Shown here: positions 45,964 to 55,233 of the stretch, one piece after another
Numbering within the stretch: position 1 is the first letter of the stretch
Layout of the letters: the number at the start of each line of letters is the position of its first letter
Origin: a virus
Length of the DNA stretch: 64,000 nt
Virus record (IMG/VR): IMGVR_UViG_3300016667_000188
Coordinates: 9,026-73,025 of that record
Direction: 5' to 3' (one strand)
Made by a program: the position numbers and the translations under genes
The notes under the pieces: generated by a model
The model's input: only the letters and a program-made list of their open reading frames with translations
Database searches by the model: none
What the model was told of the DNA's origin: nothing

Positions 45964-48133
45964 TCTTAGCGCACGACTGTTGGCAACAGAAAATCTTTCT
46001 GTTGTTCGTGCCAAAGCGATTACTGCATCTTTCGATATCAAGTCACGTGTGTTGACTCTGCCACTGTGGAAAGATATGACTCCCGAGATCGAAGACATGC
46101 TCATCGGTCACGAAGTCGGTCACGCACTCTACACTGGCGTAGAGTATATGACTCCGATTATGGAAAATCCTAAGCTGAAGTCTTATATGAACGTGTTGGA
46201 AGACGTTCGTATCGAAAAGCTGATGAAGCGCAAGTATCCTGGAATTCGTAAGCGTATGAACGAAGGATACAAACAACTCAATGAGCGTGACTTTTTTGGC
46301 GTCAAAGCCATTCAAGACTTCAATGAATTGCTGCTGATTGACCGCATCAACCTGTACTTCAAAGTTGGTTTTGAATGTGGTGTTAAATTCACACCAGAGG
46401 AAAAGGCGTTTGTCAATCGTGCAGAACGCACTGAGACTATGGAAGAAATTATCCAGCTGGCTCAGGACATCTACGCCTACTCCAAAGAACAAGCTGAAGA
46501 ACGTCGTAAGCAACGTATGGAAGCTGGTGAAGATGTTGAAGAAGGCGATGACTTGGATGACCCAATCACTGGCGACTTTGACATTGATGACTTTGATGAT
46601 TTTGATGAAGACGAAGATGCTAGTGACGATAAGCTAAAATCTTCTAAGTCTGGCTCCAACAAAGAAAATGATGATGCTGCTTCTGACGACCAAGAGGAAG
46701 ACCTAGAGGCGAAGACTGATCGTGTTTTCCAGAAACGTCTGGAAGAATTGGCTGACGATTCTACAGAGTATCTGTACTGGAAGTTTGACACTAACTATTT
46801 CGAAGATCCTGTTGTTGGTTACAAAACCATCCTGAAAGAAACTAAGTCTGTGCATGAGTGGAATGCAGATCTGTATCAAGCGAACGACTACAAGACTCGC
46901 TATATGGACGAAGCGCAACGCAAGGAATTCTTTGGCACGTTCACTAAAGAATTCGATCAATTCAAAACCGATTCTATGCGCACGGTAAACTACCTTGTCA
47001 AAGAATTCGAGATGAAAAAGTCTGCACAACTTTACAAACGTGCTCAGGTTGCCAAAGTTGGCACTCTGGATATGCGTAAGGTTTGGGCTTACAAACTTCA
47101 GGAAGACTTGTTCAAGCGTGTGACTACCTTGCCGCAAGGTAAGAATCACGGTATGGTTATGCTGCTGGACTGGTCTGGTTCTATGGACAACGTGTTGCAG
47201 GACACTCTCAAGCAGGTGATCAACCTTGCTATGTTCTGCCAGCGTATCCAAGTGCCATATCGTGTCTATGCATTTACTACTGACTATAATAAAGATCTTT
47301 CTTATGAAGAACGTGTAGAACGTGATCGTAAGATTCGTGAGTACCGTGCAAAGTTTGGTGAGCAGAAAGATCTGCTGAGCAACACCCGAGGTTTCCATAT
47401 GCTGGAATTCTTCAACAACAAGATGTCTTCTGTGGAATTCAACGAGATGGCTCGTCGTCTGTTGGACTATCGTTTCCGTTGGAATGATGGTTACAGCACC
47501 AGTGGCACTCCGTTGAATGAGGCACTGGCATGGTGCTATCTCAATCTTGGTGACTTCATCAAGAAGCACAATCTGGAGAAGACTACATTCATCACTCTTA
47601 CTGATGGTGAAGGTGGTCAGTTGTCTGGTGATGGTCGTCGCCTAGATCCTGTCCGCAACGAATACGTTGATGGTAAGTATGTGCGCACCAAATTGCGCCA
47701 CTTTGTTCGTGACGATGTTACTAAGAAAACCTATGAGTTGGAAAATAACTCTGCGCAACAGACTGAAGCGATTCTGCGAATGATCAAAGATCGCCACGAT
47801 GTTCGCACTGTTGGTTTCTATATCTGCCGTAACCATCGTCGTGACCTTCAGTCTGTTATCGGTGCAAACCTTCCAGGTTATACTGGTAGTTCTGAAGTGC
47901 TGATTGAGAATTGGCGTAAACAATTCCGTGATCAAGACTTTGCTTCTGTGAAGAATACTGGTCGTGATGAATTGTTCCTGATCCCTCAATCTTCTACGAA
48001 GATCCAAGAGGGTGAACTTGAGGTCAAGTCTGATGCAAAAGCTGCTAGTATTGCTCGCAACTTTAGCAAATACTTGAATGTCAAGAAGACTTCTCGGGTG
48101 CTGCTGAATCGTTTTGTGGCTCTCGTAGCCTAA
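45944..48133 (+). CDS. von Willebrand factor A domain protein with N-terminal HExxH motif and acidic linker (CobT-like partner of the MoxR ATPase)
   Basis: HEVGH near residue 70. Asp-rich linker (DDLDDPITGDFDIDDFDDFDEDEDASDD). MIDAS motif VMLLDWSGSMD. Confidence 0.65.
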   Translation: MQNVASDLSARLLATENLSVVRAKAITASFDIKSRVLTLPLWKDMTPEIEDMLIGHEVGHALYTGVEYMTPIMENPKLKSYMNVLEDVRIEKLMKRKYPGIRKRMNEGYKQLNERDFFGVKAIQDFNELLLIDRINLYFKVGFECGVKFTPEEKAFVNRAERTETMEEIIQLAQDIYAYSKEQAEERRKQRMEAGEDVEEGDDLDDPITGDFDIDDFDDFDEDEDASDDKLKSSKSGSNKENDDAASDDQEEDLEAKTDRVFQKRLEELADDSTEYLYWKFDTNYFEDPVVGYKTILKETKSVHEWNADLYQANDYKTRYMDEAQRKEFFGTFTKEFDQFKTDSMRTVNYLVKEFEMKKSAQLYKRAQVAKVGTLDMRKVWAYKLQEDLFKRVTTLPQGKNHGMVMLLDWSGSMDNVLQDTLKQVINLAMFCQRIQVPYRVYAFTTDYNKDLSYEERVERDRKIREYRAKFGEQKDLLSNTRGFHMLEFFNNKMSSVEFNEMARRLLDYRFRWNDGYSTSGTPLNEALAWCYLNLGDFIKKHNLEKTTFITLTDGEGGQLSGDGRRLDPVRNEYVDGKYVRTKLRHFVRDDVTKKTYELENNSAQQTEAILRMIKDRHDVRTVGFYICRNHRRDLQSVIGANLPGYTGSSEVLIENWRKQFRDQDFASVKNTGRDELFLIPQSSTKIQEGELEVKSDAKAASIARNFSKYLNVKKTSRVLLNRFVALVA

Positions 48134-48177
48134 AACGAAAGTGTTACATTCTGTAAGTTGTTGATTTTACAGGGAAA

Positions 48178-48206
48178 ATAACCCTACTTTTTGTGGGGTT
48201 ATTTCC
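48178..48206 (+). terminator. stem-loop/terminator ATAACCCTAC-ttttt-GTGGGGTTAT
   Basis: 10-bp stem with one G-U pair. Confidence 0.6.
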
Positions 48207-48215
48207 AAAAAGTAG

Positions 48216-48243
48216 TTGACTTTTTTGCAGACTGATGTATAAT
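48216..48243 (+). promoter_or_regulatory. early promoter TTGACT-N16-TATAAT with TTTTTTGCAGACTGATG spacer
   Basis: Seen directly. Confidence 0.7.
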
Positions 48244-48265
48244 ATGTGTATGTTCTTGATTATGA

Positions 48266-49438
48266 ATGGAGTTTGTGATGAGTAAAGTTGACGCTGTGGT
48301 TCGTCGTGAGTTTGAGATCAAACTTGCTGAGATGTTTCCCGATACCCAAACATCTGGTCAGGTGACTCGCCCTCAACTGATTGAAGTTATGGGTGCGCTT
48401 AAGACCGAGAAATTCCCTCTGTGGCTTATGAAGAATAAAGTTGGTCGTGGTATTTACGCCATTGATGGTGGCAAGACTGCACCTGTTGTTGGCAATACTG
48501 CTCTGAAAGATGAACCTGTGGAATCTTACATCGTTGACTACACAAACGTAGAATCACTCATTCCTGTCAAAGACCCGAACTTTGTTCCCTTTGGAAACTT
48601 CACTGATCTTGAGAACATTATCAAGTCGGGTATCTTCTATCCCGCATACATCTCTGGTCCAACTGGTAACGGTAAGTCCACGATGGTCGAACAAATTTGT
48701 GCCAAGCACAAACGTCCTCTCATCCGTGTTAACCTTAACATGATGACTGATGAAGAACAACTTATCGGTTCCAAAACCCTACAGAATGGAAACGTAGAAG
48801 TTGTGGAAGGTCCAGTGCTGATTGCAATGCGTACTGGCACAACCTTGCTGCTTGACGAAATTGACGCTGGCTCTGCCAATACCTTGCTTTGCTTGCAACC
48901 GATTCTCGAAGGTAAACCCTACTATTTCAAACTCAAGAATGAGATGATCATTCCTGCCAAGGGTTTCAACATCTGTGCCACTGCCAACACTAAGGGTAAG
49001 GGTTCAGACGATGGTCGCTACATCGGTACTAACGTACTGAACGAAGCATTCTTGGAGCGTTTCGCTGTGACCTTCGAACAAGAGTATCCTTCAGCTAAGG
49101 TCGAAGTTAAAATTGTCCAGAATCTTATGGAATCTTACGGTTGTGCGGATGCCGAATTTGCAGAGACTCTCGTTAAGTGGGCTGATGCAATTCGTCGCAC
49201 ATTCGAAGATGGTGGTGTCGATGAGACGATTACGACTCGTCGTATGACTCACATCGTTCGTGCCTTTGCGATTTTCAAGAATCGTAACAAGGCTGTTGAA
49301 CTGTGTTGCAATCGTTTCGATTCTGCAACTAAGGATGCATTCCTGAAGTTGTACGATAACATTGCAAACCCTGCGCCTGAAGCACCACCTGTTGTAGAAG
49401 CGACTACTCCCTCTCCCTCGGAGGAAGTGCCCTTCTAA
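48266..49438 (+). CDS. cobS: MoxR-family AAA+ ATPase (phage CobS-like)
   Basis: Walker A GPTGNGKST and Walker B LLLDEIDA. Length and architecture are typical of phage 'cobS'. An alternative start lies at 48278. Confidence 0.75.
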   Translation: MEFVMSKVDAVVRREFEIKLAEMFPDTQTSGQVTRPQLIEVMGALKTEKFPLWLMKNKVGRGIYAIDGGKTAPVVGNTALKDEPVESYIVDYTNVESLIPVKDPNFVPFGNFTDLENIIKSGIFYPAYISGPTGNGKSTMVEQICAKHKRPLIRVNLNMMTDEEQLIGSKTLQNGNVEVVEGPVLIAMRTGTTLLLDEIDAGSANTLLCLQPILEGKPYYFKLKNEMIIPAKGFNICATANTKGKGSDDGRYIGTNVLNEAFLERFAVTFEQEYPSAKVEVKIVQNLMESYGCADAEFAETLVKWADAIRRTFEDGGVDETITTRRMTHIVRAFAIFKNRNKAVELCCNRFDSATKDAFLKLYDNIANPAPEAPPVVEATTPSPSEEVPF

Positions 49439-49452
49439 AAAGTAATACCTAA

Positions 49453-49481
49453 GTAATCCCCTCAAGTTTGTAGGGGATTAC
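49453..49481 (+). promoter_or_regulatory. PeSL-like 10-bp perfect hairpin GTAATCCCCT-caagtttgt-AGGGGATTAC with no U-run
   Basis: Seen directly. Preceded by the AAAAGTAATACCTAAG leader. Confidence 0.55.
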
Positions 49482-49490
49482 AAAAAGGTG

Positions 49491-49519
49491 TTGACTTTTG
49501 GTGCAAGTTGGTGTATAAT
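49491..49519 (+). promoter_or_regulatory. early promoter TTGACT-N17-TATAAT
   Basis: ttgacttttggtgcaagttggtgtataat. Confidence 0.7.
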
Positions 49520-49558
49520 AATCTCTGTTATCGTTGAAAACCCGAAAGGAAATTTACT

Positions 49559-50041
49559 ATGTTGAAGTTTGCTGATCTGTCGCTTTCTCAAAAGCGTTTT
49601 GTTGTTGCCCTGTTGGAAGCCCAACCCCACTTTAAGAAGGATCCTCAGATTACCCTGAAGGAATGCGCTGCATTCTATTACGAGATGCGTGATCAACGCA
49701 CTGGTGCTAAGGGTGAGAAGATCGGTTATCCGAACTGGCTGTTCAACAAGAACAAGGTTGAGCGTGGCGTGTACCAAGTACCTGTTCCCACTGCAACCGA
49801 ACTGTCTGCATTCACCAAGGAAGTTGCTGCTAAGTCTGCACCCAAAGCTACTGCAAAAGCAGCTAAGGTTGCTAAAGCCAAAGTGGTTAAGGTGAAGACT
49901 GCAAAGACCACTCCTACTCCTACTGTAGAGAAAACTCTGGAAGGTACTCGCCTCCAGAAAGTTATCGATGAATCCATCTCTATGGAAGATGAAGTCGAAG
50001 ACTTCAATCAGATCCTGCGTGAGAATGGCATCGAAGTCTAA
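49559..50041 (+). CDS. hypothetical protein with Lys/Ala-rich histone-H1-like segment
   Basis: AKSAPKATAKAAKVAKAKVVKVKTAKTTPTPT. Confidence 0.45.
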   Translation: MLKFADLSLSQKRFVVALLEAQPHFKKDPQITLKECAAFYYEMRDQRTGAKGEKIGYPNWLFNKNKVERGVYQVPVPTATELSAFTKEVAAKSAPKATAKAAKVAKAKVVKVKTAKTTPTPTVEKTLEGTRLQKVIDESISMEDEVEDFNQILRENGIEV

Positions 50042-50113
50042 TTAAGTTATTTCCTGTAAGCTGATGAGGGTTGCCATCCCCTCATCGGCTCTTTTTCGTT
50101 TGATGGTTTTATA

Positions 50114-50389
50114 ATGGAGAAATTTATGTCTCGACAAGCAAAGTTGCTTTCATACCTACAGACTGGTGCTGCAGTTACTGCTCGCCAGATCCACGGTTCT
50201 TTTGGTTTGAAGAATCCCCACGATGCTATTCATCAATTGCGTAGCAAGGGTCATTGTATCTACTCTAACCGTTCTAAACTTGCTGATGGTACTACCACTA
50301 TCAAGTACAAGATTGGTGCACCTAGCAAGCGTATGGTCCAAATCGCTAATGCGGTTCTTGGCGCCGATGCGTTTATGGCTCGTCGTTAA
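50114..50389 (+). CDS. small putative winged-helix DNA-binding protein
   Basis: 91 aa. HTH-like segment VTARQIHGSFGLKNPHDAIHQLRSKG. Weak evidence. Confidence 0.35.
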   Translation: MEKFMSRQAKLLSYLQTGAAVTARQIHGSFGLKNPHDAIHQLRSKGHCIYSNRSKLADGTTTIKYKIGAPSKRMVQIANAVLGADAFMARR

Positions 50390-50441
50390 ACAGCCAGTGG
50401 GCATTCTCTGAGTGCCTATTACCAGTTTAATGGAGAGAAAG

Positions 50442-50774
50442 ATGGCAACATTAGAAGAAGTTAAAGCATCCCAAAAAGCCACCACTGGTGGTCGAAAGTT
50501 TGATGGTGGTAAGCTGCAATATGGTTTGCTCCCACCCCTAGCATTGGCAGAGACCGTAAAGGTTCTGACCTTTGGCGCAGAGAAATATGAACCAGACAAT
50601 TGGAAACAAGTGCCCGATTCCAAGCGTCGTTATTTCGATGCACTACAACGACACCTGTGGGCATACAAAGCAGGTGAAGAATTGGATCCCGAATCTGGTA
50701 TCCACCATCTGGCGCATGCAATGTGCTGCCTGATGTTTCTTTATGAGCATGATGTGAAGTATTCAAAGGAATAA
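50442..50774 (+). CDS. MazZ-like (dATP/dGTP diphosphohydrolase N-terminal-domain-like) protein
   Basis: FDGGKLQYGLLPPLALAETVKVLTFGAEKYEPDNWKQV resembles that family's N-terminus. Recalled from memory, with no search run. Confidence 0.35.
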   Translation: MATLEEVKASQKATTGGRKFDGGKLQYGLLPPLALAETVKVLTFGAEKYEPDNWKQVPDSKRRYFDALQRHLWAYKAGEELDPESGIHHLAHAMCCLMFLYEHDVKYSKE

Positions 50775-50775
50775 G

Positions 50776-51156
50776 ATGTTTTTCTCAAAACAAAAAACCG
50801 AAGATGGTATCGTCGGCAACTACGCTGATGCACTAAAGCGCATCAAAGAACTTGAAGCTGAGGTCGAGCGACTGCAATATGCAAACAAGGCATATCAGAC
50901 TCGCCTCGTGGATGAGTATTCTAAGGCTAGTTACTCTGTTGATTTTGCCAAGATGAATGCGTTCTCGATTGAACGCCACTGGGATAATGGTACACAGAAA
51001 ACTATTATCGGATATATCCTTCAAGAGCCATTCTCAACTACTGAAGGAGAATACTCGACCAAAGATGTAGTTCGTGAATGGAATCTACTTTGCTCTCACG
51101 AAGAACATGAGCGACTGGTAAAACAATTTAATGATTATGTGAAAGGTGGTAAGTAA
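50776..51156 (+). CDS. hypothetical protein
   Basis: 126 aa. Confidence 0.4.
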   Translation: MFFSKQKTEDGIVGNYADALKRIKELEAEVERLQYANKAYQTRLVDEYSKASYSVDFAKMNAFSIERHWDNGTQKTIIGYILQEPFSTTEGEYSTKDVVREWNLLCSHEEHERLVKQFNDYVKGGK

Positions 51157-52028
51157 TGTTTATTTTTGGCGTAACTCTTATCTTGGCACTCCTTGCCGCA
51201 GGTGCTGCATTCTTTGTTAGCGAAAGTGTTCGTGGAGAAACTGTGCATCCTTTCCGCAGGTTCACTGTGCTCCCTCTTATTATCCCCGCTGTAGTTCTGG
51301 CATTTGAATGCTTCACGATTGTCCCTGCTGGTCACGTTGGCGTTCAAGTCACTATGGGTACTGTCAACCCAGTTGCTCTGCAAGCTGGTGTTAATTTTGT
51401 CAACCCAATTTCTAGCGTTCGTGATGTTGAGGTTCGTGTCAAACGAGCAGACCTGAAGGAAGCGCAAGCTGGTACTAAAGACCTACAATCGGTTCACACT
51501 GATATCGTTATCCAGTATCGTATGAGTCCCGATAAGGTTCCTACCATCTATAAAGAATTCGGTCTGAACGTAGATGACAAGATTCTTGGTCCAGGTGTTA
51601 ACGAGGCATTCAAAGCAGTGACTGCCCACTACAACTCTGAAGAACTGATCACCAAGCGTGACCAAGTTAGCACAGAGATTCTTAACCACGTTCGTGCTAA
51701 AGTTGCACCGTTCGATATCGAGATCCAAGGTATCAGTCTAGTGAACTTTGGTTTCTCTGCAGAATACCAGAAAGCTATCGAGCAGAAGGTCATCGCTACT
51801 CAACAAAAGCAGAAAGCCGAACAAGATCTGGAGCGTATCAAAGTTGAAGCACAACAGGCTATCGCTACTGCTGAAGGTCGTGCCAAAGCAATCCAGATTG
51901 AAACTCAGGCTATCAATAGTCAAGGTGGTGCAGCTTATGTCCAACTTGAAGCCATCAAGAAGTGGGATGGTAAACTGCCCCAATTCAACGGTAGCAATGC
52001 CGTACCTTTCATTAACGTAGGAAAATAA
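51156..52028 (+). CDS. SPFH/band-7 (prohibitin-like) membrane protein
   Basis: N-terminal TM helix followed by an SPFH domain (VPAGHVGVQV..., QKAEQDLERIKVEAQQAIATAEGRAKA). Confidence 0.75.
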   Translation: MFIFGVTLILALLAAGAAFFVSESVRGETVHPFRRFTVLPLIIPAVVLAFECFTIVPAGHVGVQVTMGTVNPVALQAGVNFVNPISSVRDVEVRVKRADLKEAQAGTKDLQSVHTDIVIQYRMSPDKVPTIYKEFGLNVDDKILGPGVNEAFKAVTAHYNSEELITKRDQVSTEILNHVRAKVAPFDIEIQGISLVNFGFSAEYQKAIEQKVIATQQKQKAEQDLERIKVEAQQAIATAEGRAKAIQIETQAINSQGGAAYVQLEAIKKWDGKLPQFNGSNAVPFINVGK

Positions 52029-52029
52029 T

Positions 52030-52278
52030 ATGACTCTATCATCTGACGCAGATAAAAAGAAACTCCACGCTGCAATCGTGGAAATTAGTAACTCAATGAC
52101 TCGTGTAGAAGCTGAGCGAGACTTGATCAAAGACATCGTCAAAACTGCTTCTGATAACTTTCAAATTCCGAAGAAGACTATCAGTAAGATCGCTAAGACT
52201 TATCACAAGCAGAATTTCTCTCAAGCTGTAGCTGAGAATGAAGAATTTGAAGAGTTGTACGAGAAGATTACAAAATAA
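52030..52278 (+). CDS. hypothetical protein
   Basis: 82 aa. Confidence 0.4.
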   Translation: MTLSSDADKKKLHAAIVEISNSMTRVEAERDLIKDIVKTASDNFQIPKKTISKIAKTYHKQNFSQAVAENEEFEELYEKITK

Positions 52279-52280
52279 AT

Positions 52281-52309
52281 TTGTTAAAAGTACCTTTTCA
52301 CGGTATAAT
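52281..52309 (+). promoter_or_regulatory. promoter TTGTTA-N17-TATAAT upstream of gene 45
   Basis: Seen directly. Confidence 0.5.
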
Positions 52310-52348
52310 TATTATACATAGTAATGTGTTCATTTGAATGGAGAAAAT

Positions 52349-53005
52349 ATGAAACTTAGTAAAGAAACAGTCGGTCTTTTTAAGAACTTTGCTGGCATCA
52401 ACAGCAACCTTCTTTTGAAGAGCGGCAACAAGCTGGCTACAATCAGCGCACAGAAAAACGTGATGGCTGACGCCACTGTTACCGAGTCATTCCCTGACTT
52501 TGGAATTTATGATCTGAATGAGTTCTTAGGCGCAATGTCCTTGTTCGATGACCCCGAGCTAGAATTCAGCGACAAGTATGTGACAATTAAACAAGGTAAC
52601 AGTTCTATTAAATACTTTGCTGCTGATGCAACTGTCTTGACTGCCCCTCAAAAGAGCATCACATTCCCCAACGCAGAAATTGAGTTTACCTTGAGTGCTG
52701 CTATGTTGAATATGATTCATCGCACTGCATCCGTCTTGCGTGCAACTGACTTGCAGATCGTTGGTGATGGTAGCACAATCACTGCAGTGGTCGGTGACAA
52801 GAAGAATGCTACTGGTAACTCTTTCAGTGAACCTGTTGGCGCAACTGACAAATCGTTCAAAGTTAACTTGAAAGTAGAAAACTTGAAGATGCTTCCAGGT
52901 GATTATACTGTTAGCATTTCTAGCAAGAAGATCTCTCGTTTCAAGGGTGCTGGTGATCTAGTTTATTATGTAGCAGTCGAAGCAGATTCCACCTTTGACT
53001 TTTGA
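52349..53005 (+). CDS. 45: sliding clamp gp45
   Basis: MKLSKETVGLFKNFAGINSNLLLKSG...IYDLNEFLGAMSL...YYVAVEADSTFDF aligns to T4 gp45 end to end. Confidence 0.9.
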   Translation: MKLSKETVGLFKNFAGINSNLLLKSGNKLATISAQKNVMADATVTESFPDFGIYDLNEFLGAMSLFDDPELEFSDKYVTIKQGNSSIKYFAADATVLTAPQKSITFPNAEIEFTLSAAMLNMIHRTASVLRATDLQIVGDGSTITAVVGDKKNATGNSFSEPVGATDKSFKVNLKVENLKMLPGDYTVSISSKKISRFKGAGDLVYYVAVEADSTFDF

Positions 53006-53052
53006 TTTTAGAGGGAGTATAATAACTCCCTCTCTTTTGTTATGAGTTTGTT

Positions 53053-53388
53053 ATGAAAACAAGTATACGAGATAGAAAAACTCCACATGCAGTGACTGCA
53101 AATTTGTACGGTGGTAAATCTACTGATATGGTATGGGCTTGGTGTTTCAAAGATGGCGATGAAGACGGTAAAACTGTTAAGAAACATATCCCTATGACCA
53201 ATGTGTATGTCAACGAGAATACCCAAGACATACCAGATGACAAATTTCGCAAAGCAGATCTTAGAAAATTCCACGTTGATGTATGGAATCAGAAGGCTAA
53301 GAATCTTGAGAAGCATGGTAAGTTTATGACTAATTATGAGTTAAAAGACTATTTTAGTCGTGCAGATCTTGATAAATTTATGGAGTGA
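53053..53388 (+). CDS. hypothetical protein
   Basis: 111 aa. Confidence 0.4.
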   Translation: MKTSIRDRKTPHAVTANLYGGKSTDMVWAWCFKDGDEDGKTVKKHIPMTNVYVNENTQDIPDDKFRKADLRKFHVDVWNQKAKNLEKHGKFMTNYELKDYFSRADLDKFME

Positions 53389-54341
53389 TTATGGATATTC
53401 GTGATGAACAGTTCTTGTGGGTAGAGAAGTATCGCCCGCAGACTATTGATGATTGTGTTTTACCCGAAAGTCTGAAAAAGACTTTCAAACAGTTTGTAGC
53501 GCAAGGCGAGTTGCCTTCTTTCCTATTCACAGGTACGGCTGGTGTAGGTAAGACGACTGTAGCGAAGGCATTATGTAATGAAGTTGGTGCCGATTATATT
53601 ATGATCAACGGATCTGACGAAGGTCGATCTATTGATGTACTACGCACCACTATTAAAAATTTCGCATCAACTGTATCCCTAACCGATGCGAAAAAGGTTA
53701 TTATTATCGATGAAGCAGACTATATGAATGCGTCGTCTATCCAACCTGCCTTGCGCTCTTTTATTGAAGAGTTTTCTGCTAACTGCAGATTCATCTTTAC
53801 CTGTAACTACAAAAACCGTATCATCGAACCACTTTGGTCTCGTTGTGCGGTTATTGAGTTTAAAGTGCCGAATGAAGAAAAAGCTAAGATTGCAGCTGCA
53901 TTCTATCGCCGTATTGTAGACATTCTTGCAAACGAGCAGGTTGAGTTTGATTCCAAGGTAGTCGCAGAGCTAGTGACAAAACACTTTCCTGACTACCGTC
54001 GTATTCTAAACGAACTGCAGCGGTACTCTGCCTCTGGTAAGATTGACACAGGTATCCTCATCAATCTTAGCGAAGATTCTTACAATGACTTGATCAATTC
54101 TATGAAGACTCGTGATTATGCATCAGTGCGTAAGTGGGTTGGTAAGAACACCGATGTAGATTCTGTTGAGTTGTTCCGTGAGTTGTACGATACTGCCAGC
54201 GAGAAGATTGAACCATCTACCATCCCTAACCTTGTATTGATCCTTGCAGACTACCAGTACAAGGCTGCGTTTGTTTCAGATCACGAGCTAAATACTATGG
54301 CTGCGATGACTGAGATTATGATGCAGTGTAAATTCAAGTGA
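53385..54341 (+). CDS. 44: clamp loader large subunit gp44
   Basis: EKYRPQTIDDCVLP...GTAGVGKTTVAKALC...IIDEAD...SRC aligns to T4 gp44. Confidence 0.9.
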   Translation: MIMDIRDEQFLWVEKYRPQTIDDCVLPESLKKTFKQFVAQGELPSFLFTGTAGVGKTTVAKALCNEVGADYIMINGSDEGRSIDVLRTTIKNFASTVSLTDAKKVIIIDEADYMNASSIQPALRSFIEEFSANCRFIFTCNYKNRIIEPLWSRCAVIEFKVPNEEKAKIAAAFYRRIVDILANEQVEFDSKVVAELVTKHFPDYRRILNELQRYSASGKIDTGILINLSEDSYNDLINSMKTRDYASVRKWVGKNTDVDSVELFRELYDTASEKIEPSTIPNLVLILADYQYKAAFVSDHELNTMAAMTEIMMQCKFK

Positions 54342-54348
54342 GGGATTT

Positions 54349-54675
54349 ATGGAAGCTGTTTTTATATTATTTGGTGTCTTGTGTTTTGGAATTATAGTTG
54401 GTTGGGAACTGCGAGAACGATCTGCAAAGCGTTTTGTAGATAAGTTTGTAGAGGAAAACCTTGACCAACTTCAACGACACGTTGAAGAACATTCCGTAAA
54501 TATCGTTATCGAAAAGCATGGTGATATGTTTTACGTGTTCCAGAAAGAAGATAGTTCTTTTATGGCGCAAGGTAAAGACATTAAACAGTTGGAGAGTGCT
54601 CTTGCCAAGAGTTATCCAGGCAAGCGTTTCTTTGCCTCTTCTGAAAACTTGAAAGAAATGGGGTTCAAGTCATGA
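54349..54675 (+). CDS. hypothetical membrane-anchored protein
   Basis: N-terminal TM helix. Confidence 0.4.
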   Translation: MEAVFILFGVLCFGIIVGWELRERSAKRFVDKFVEENLDQLQRHVEEHSVNIVIEKHGDMFYVFQKEDSSFMAQGKDIKQLESALAKSYPGKRFFASSENLKEMGFKS

Positions 54676-54860
54676 TGAAAATTGTAAGTGAGTATCAGCA
54701 GGGTACACGTAACTCCAGAGTTTACAAAACTGCAAATGGTGACTATGGTGTGCTAACTTATGACGCACAAGATGATTTCAATGGCTTTGAAAGTTTTGAT
54801 CACATCGAACTGGCAGAGAACTACGCAGAAGATTGGGTGACCAGAAATGTCGCCATTTGA
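54672..54860 (+). CDS. hypothetical protein
   Basis: 62 aa. Confidence 0.35.
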   Translation: MMKIVSEYQQGTRNSRVYKTANGDYGVLTYDAQDDFNGFESFDHIELAENYAEDWVTRNVAI

Positions 54861-55233
54861 TTTTGTAAAGGCTATCAATCTAACTAAAAAGGATTTGATC
54901 GCTGAAGACCCACAATGCGCAAAGGAGTATGTCAAAGGTCGGTTTTTAATAAACCGAGCACTAAGTTATTTCCCAGACACTGTTATGCCAGCCAATGCTA
55001 TGAACGAGCGTTGGAGCATTCCACCTAAGTGGCAGTTTCAGTTTTTCCTAAATACAGTTACAAAACAGAATCGTTTTAGCAAGTGGGTTGAGAAGGAACC
55101 CACTTCTAAATCTCTGGAACTTGTAAAAGAATATTTTGGTTATTCAAGTGAAAGAGCGAAGGAGGCTCTTAGTATCCTCTCCGCAGACGACTTGAAATTG
55201 ATTGAAGAAAAACTATATAAAGGTGGAAAATAA
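54847..55233 (+). CDS. 62: clamp loader small subunit gp62
   Basis: ALSYFPDTVMPANAMN and KQNRFSKWVEKEP match T4 gp62. Confidence 0.65.
   Translation: MSPFDFVKAINLTKKDLIAEDPQCAKEYVKGRFLINRALSYFPDTVMPANAMNERWSIPPKWQFQFFLNTVTKQNRFSKWVEKEPTSKSLELVKEYFGYSSERAKEALSILSADDLKLIEEKLYKGGK

Noticed and set aside
46703-47569. 288-aa minus-strand ORF and several + alternative-frame ORFs inside the VWA gene. The same applies to 36691..37158 and 41485..42045 inside the AAA and NadM genes.
   Set aside because: They are embedded in genes with clear motifs on the + strand. The whole region shows a unidirectional + strand gene pattern.
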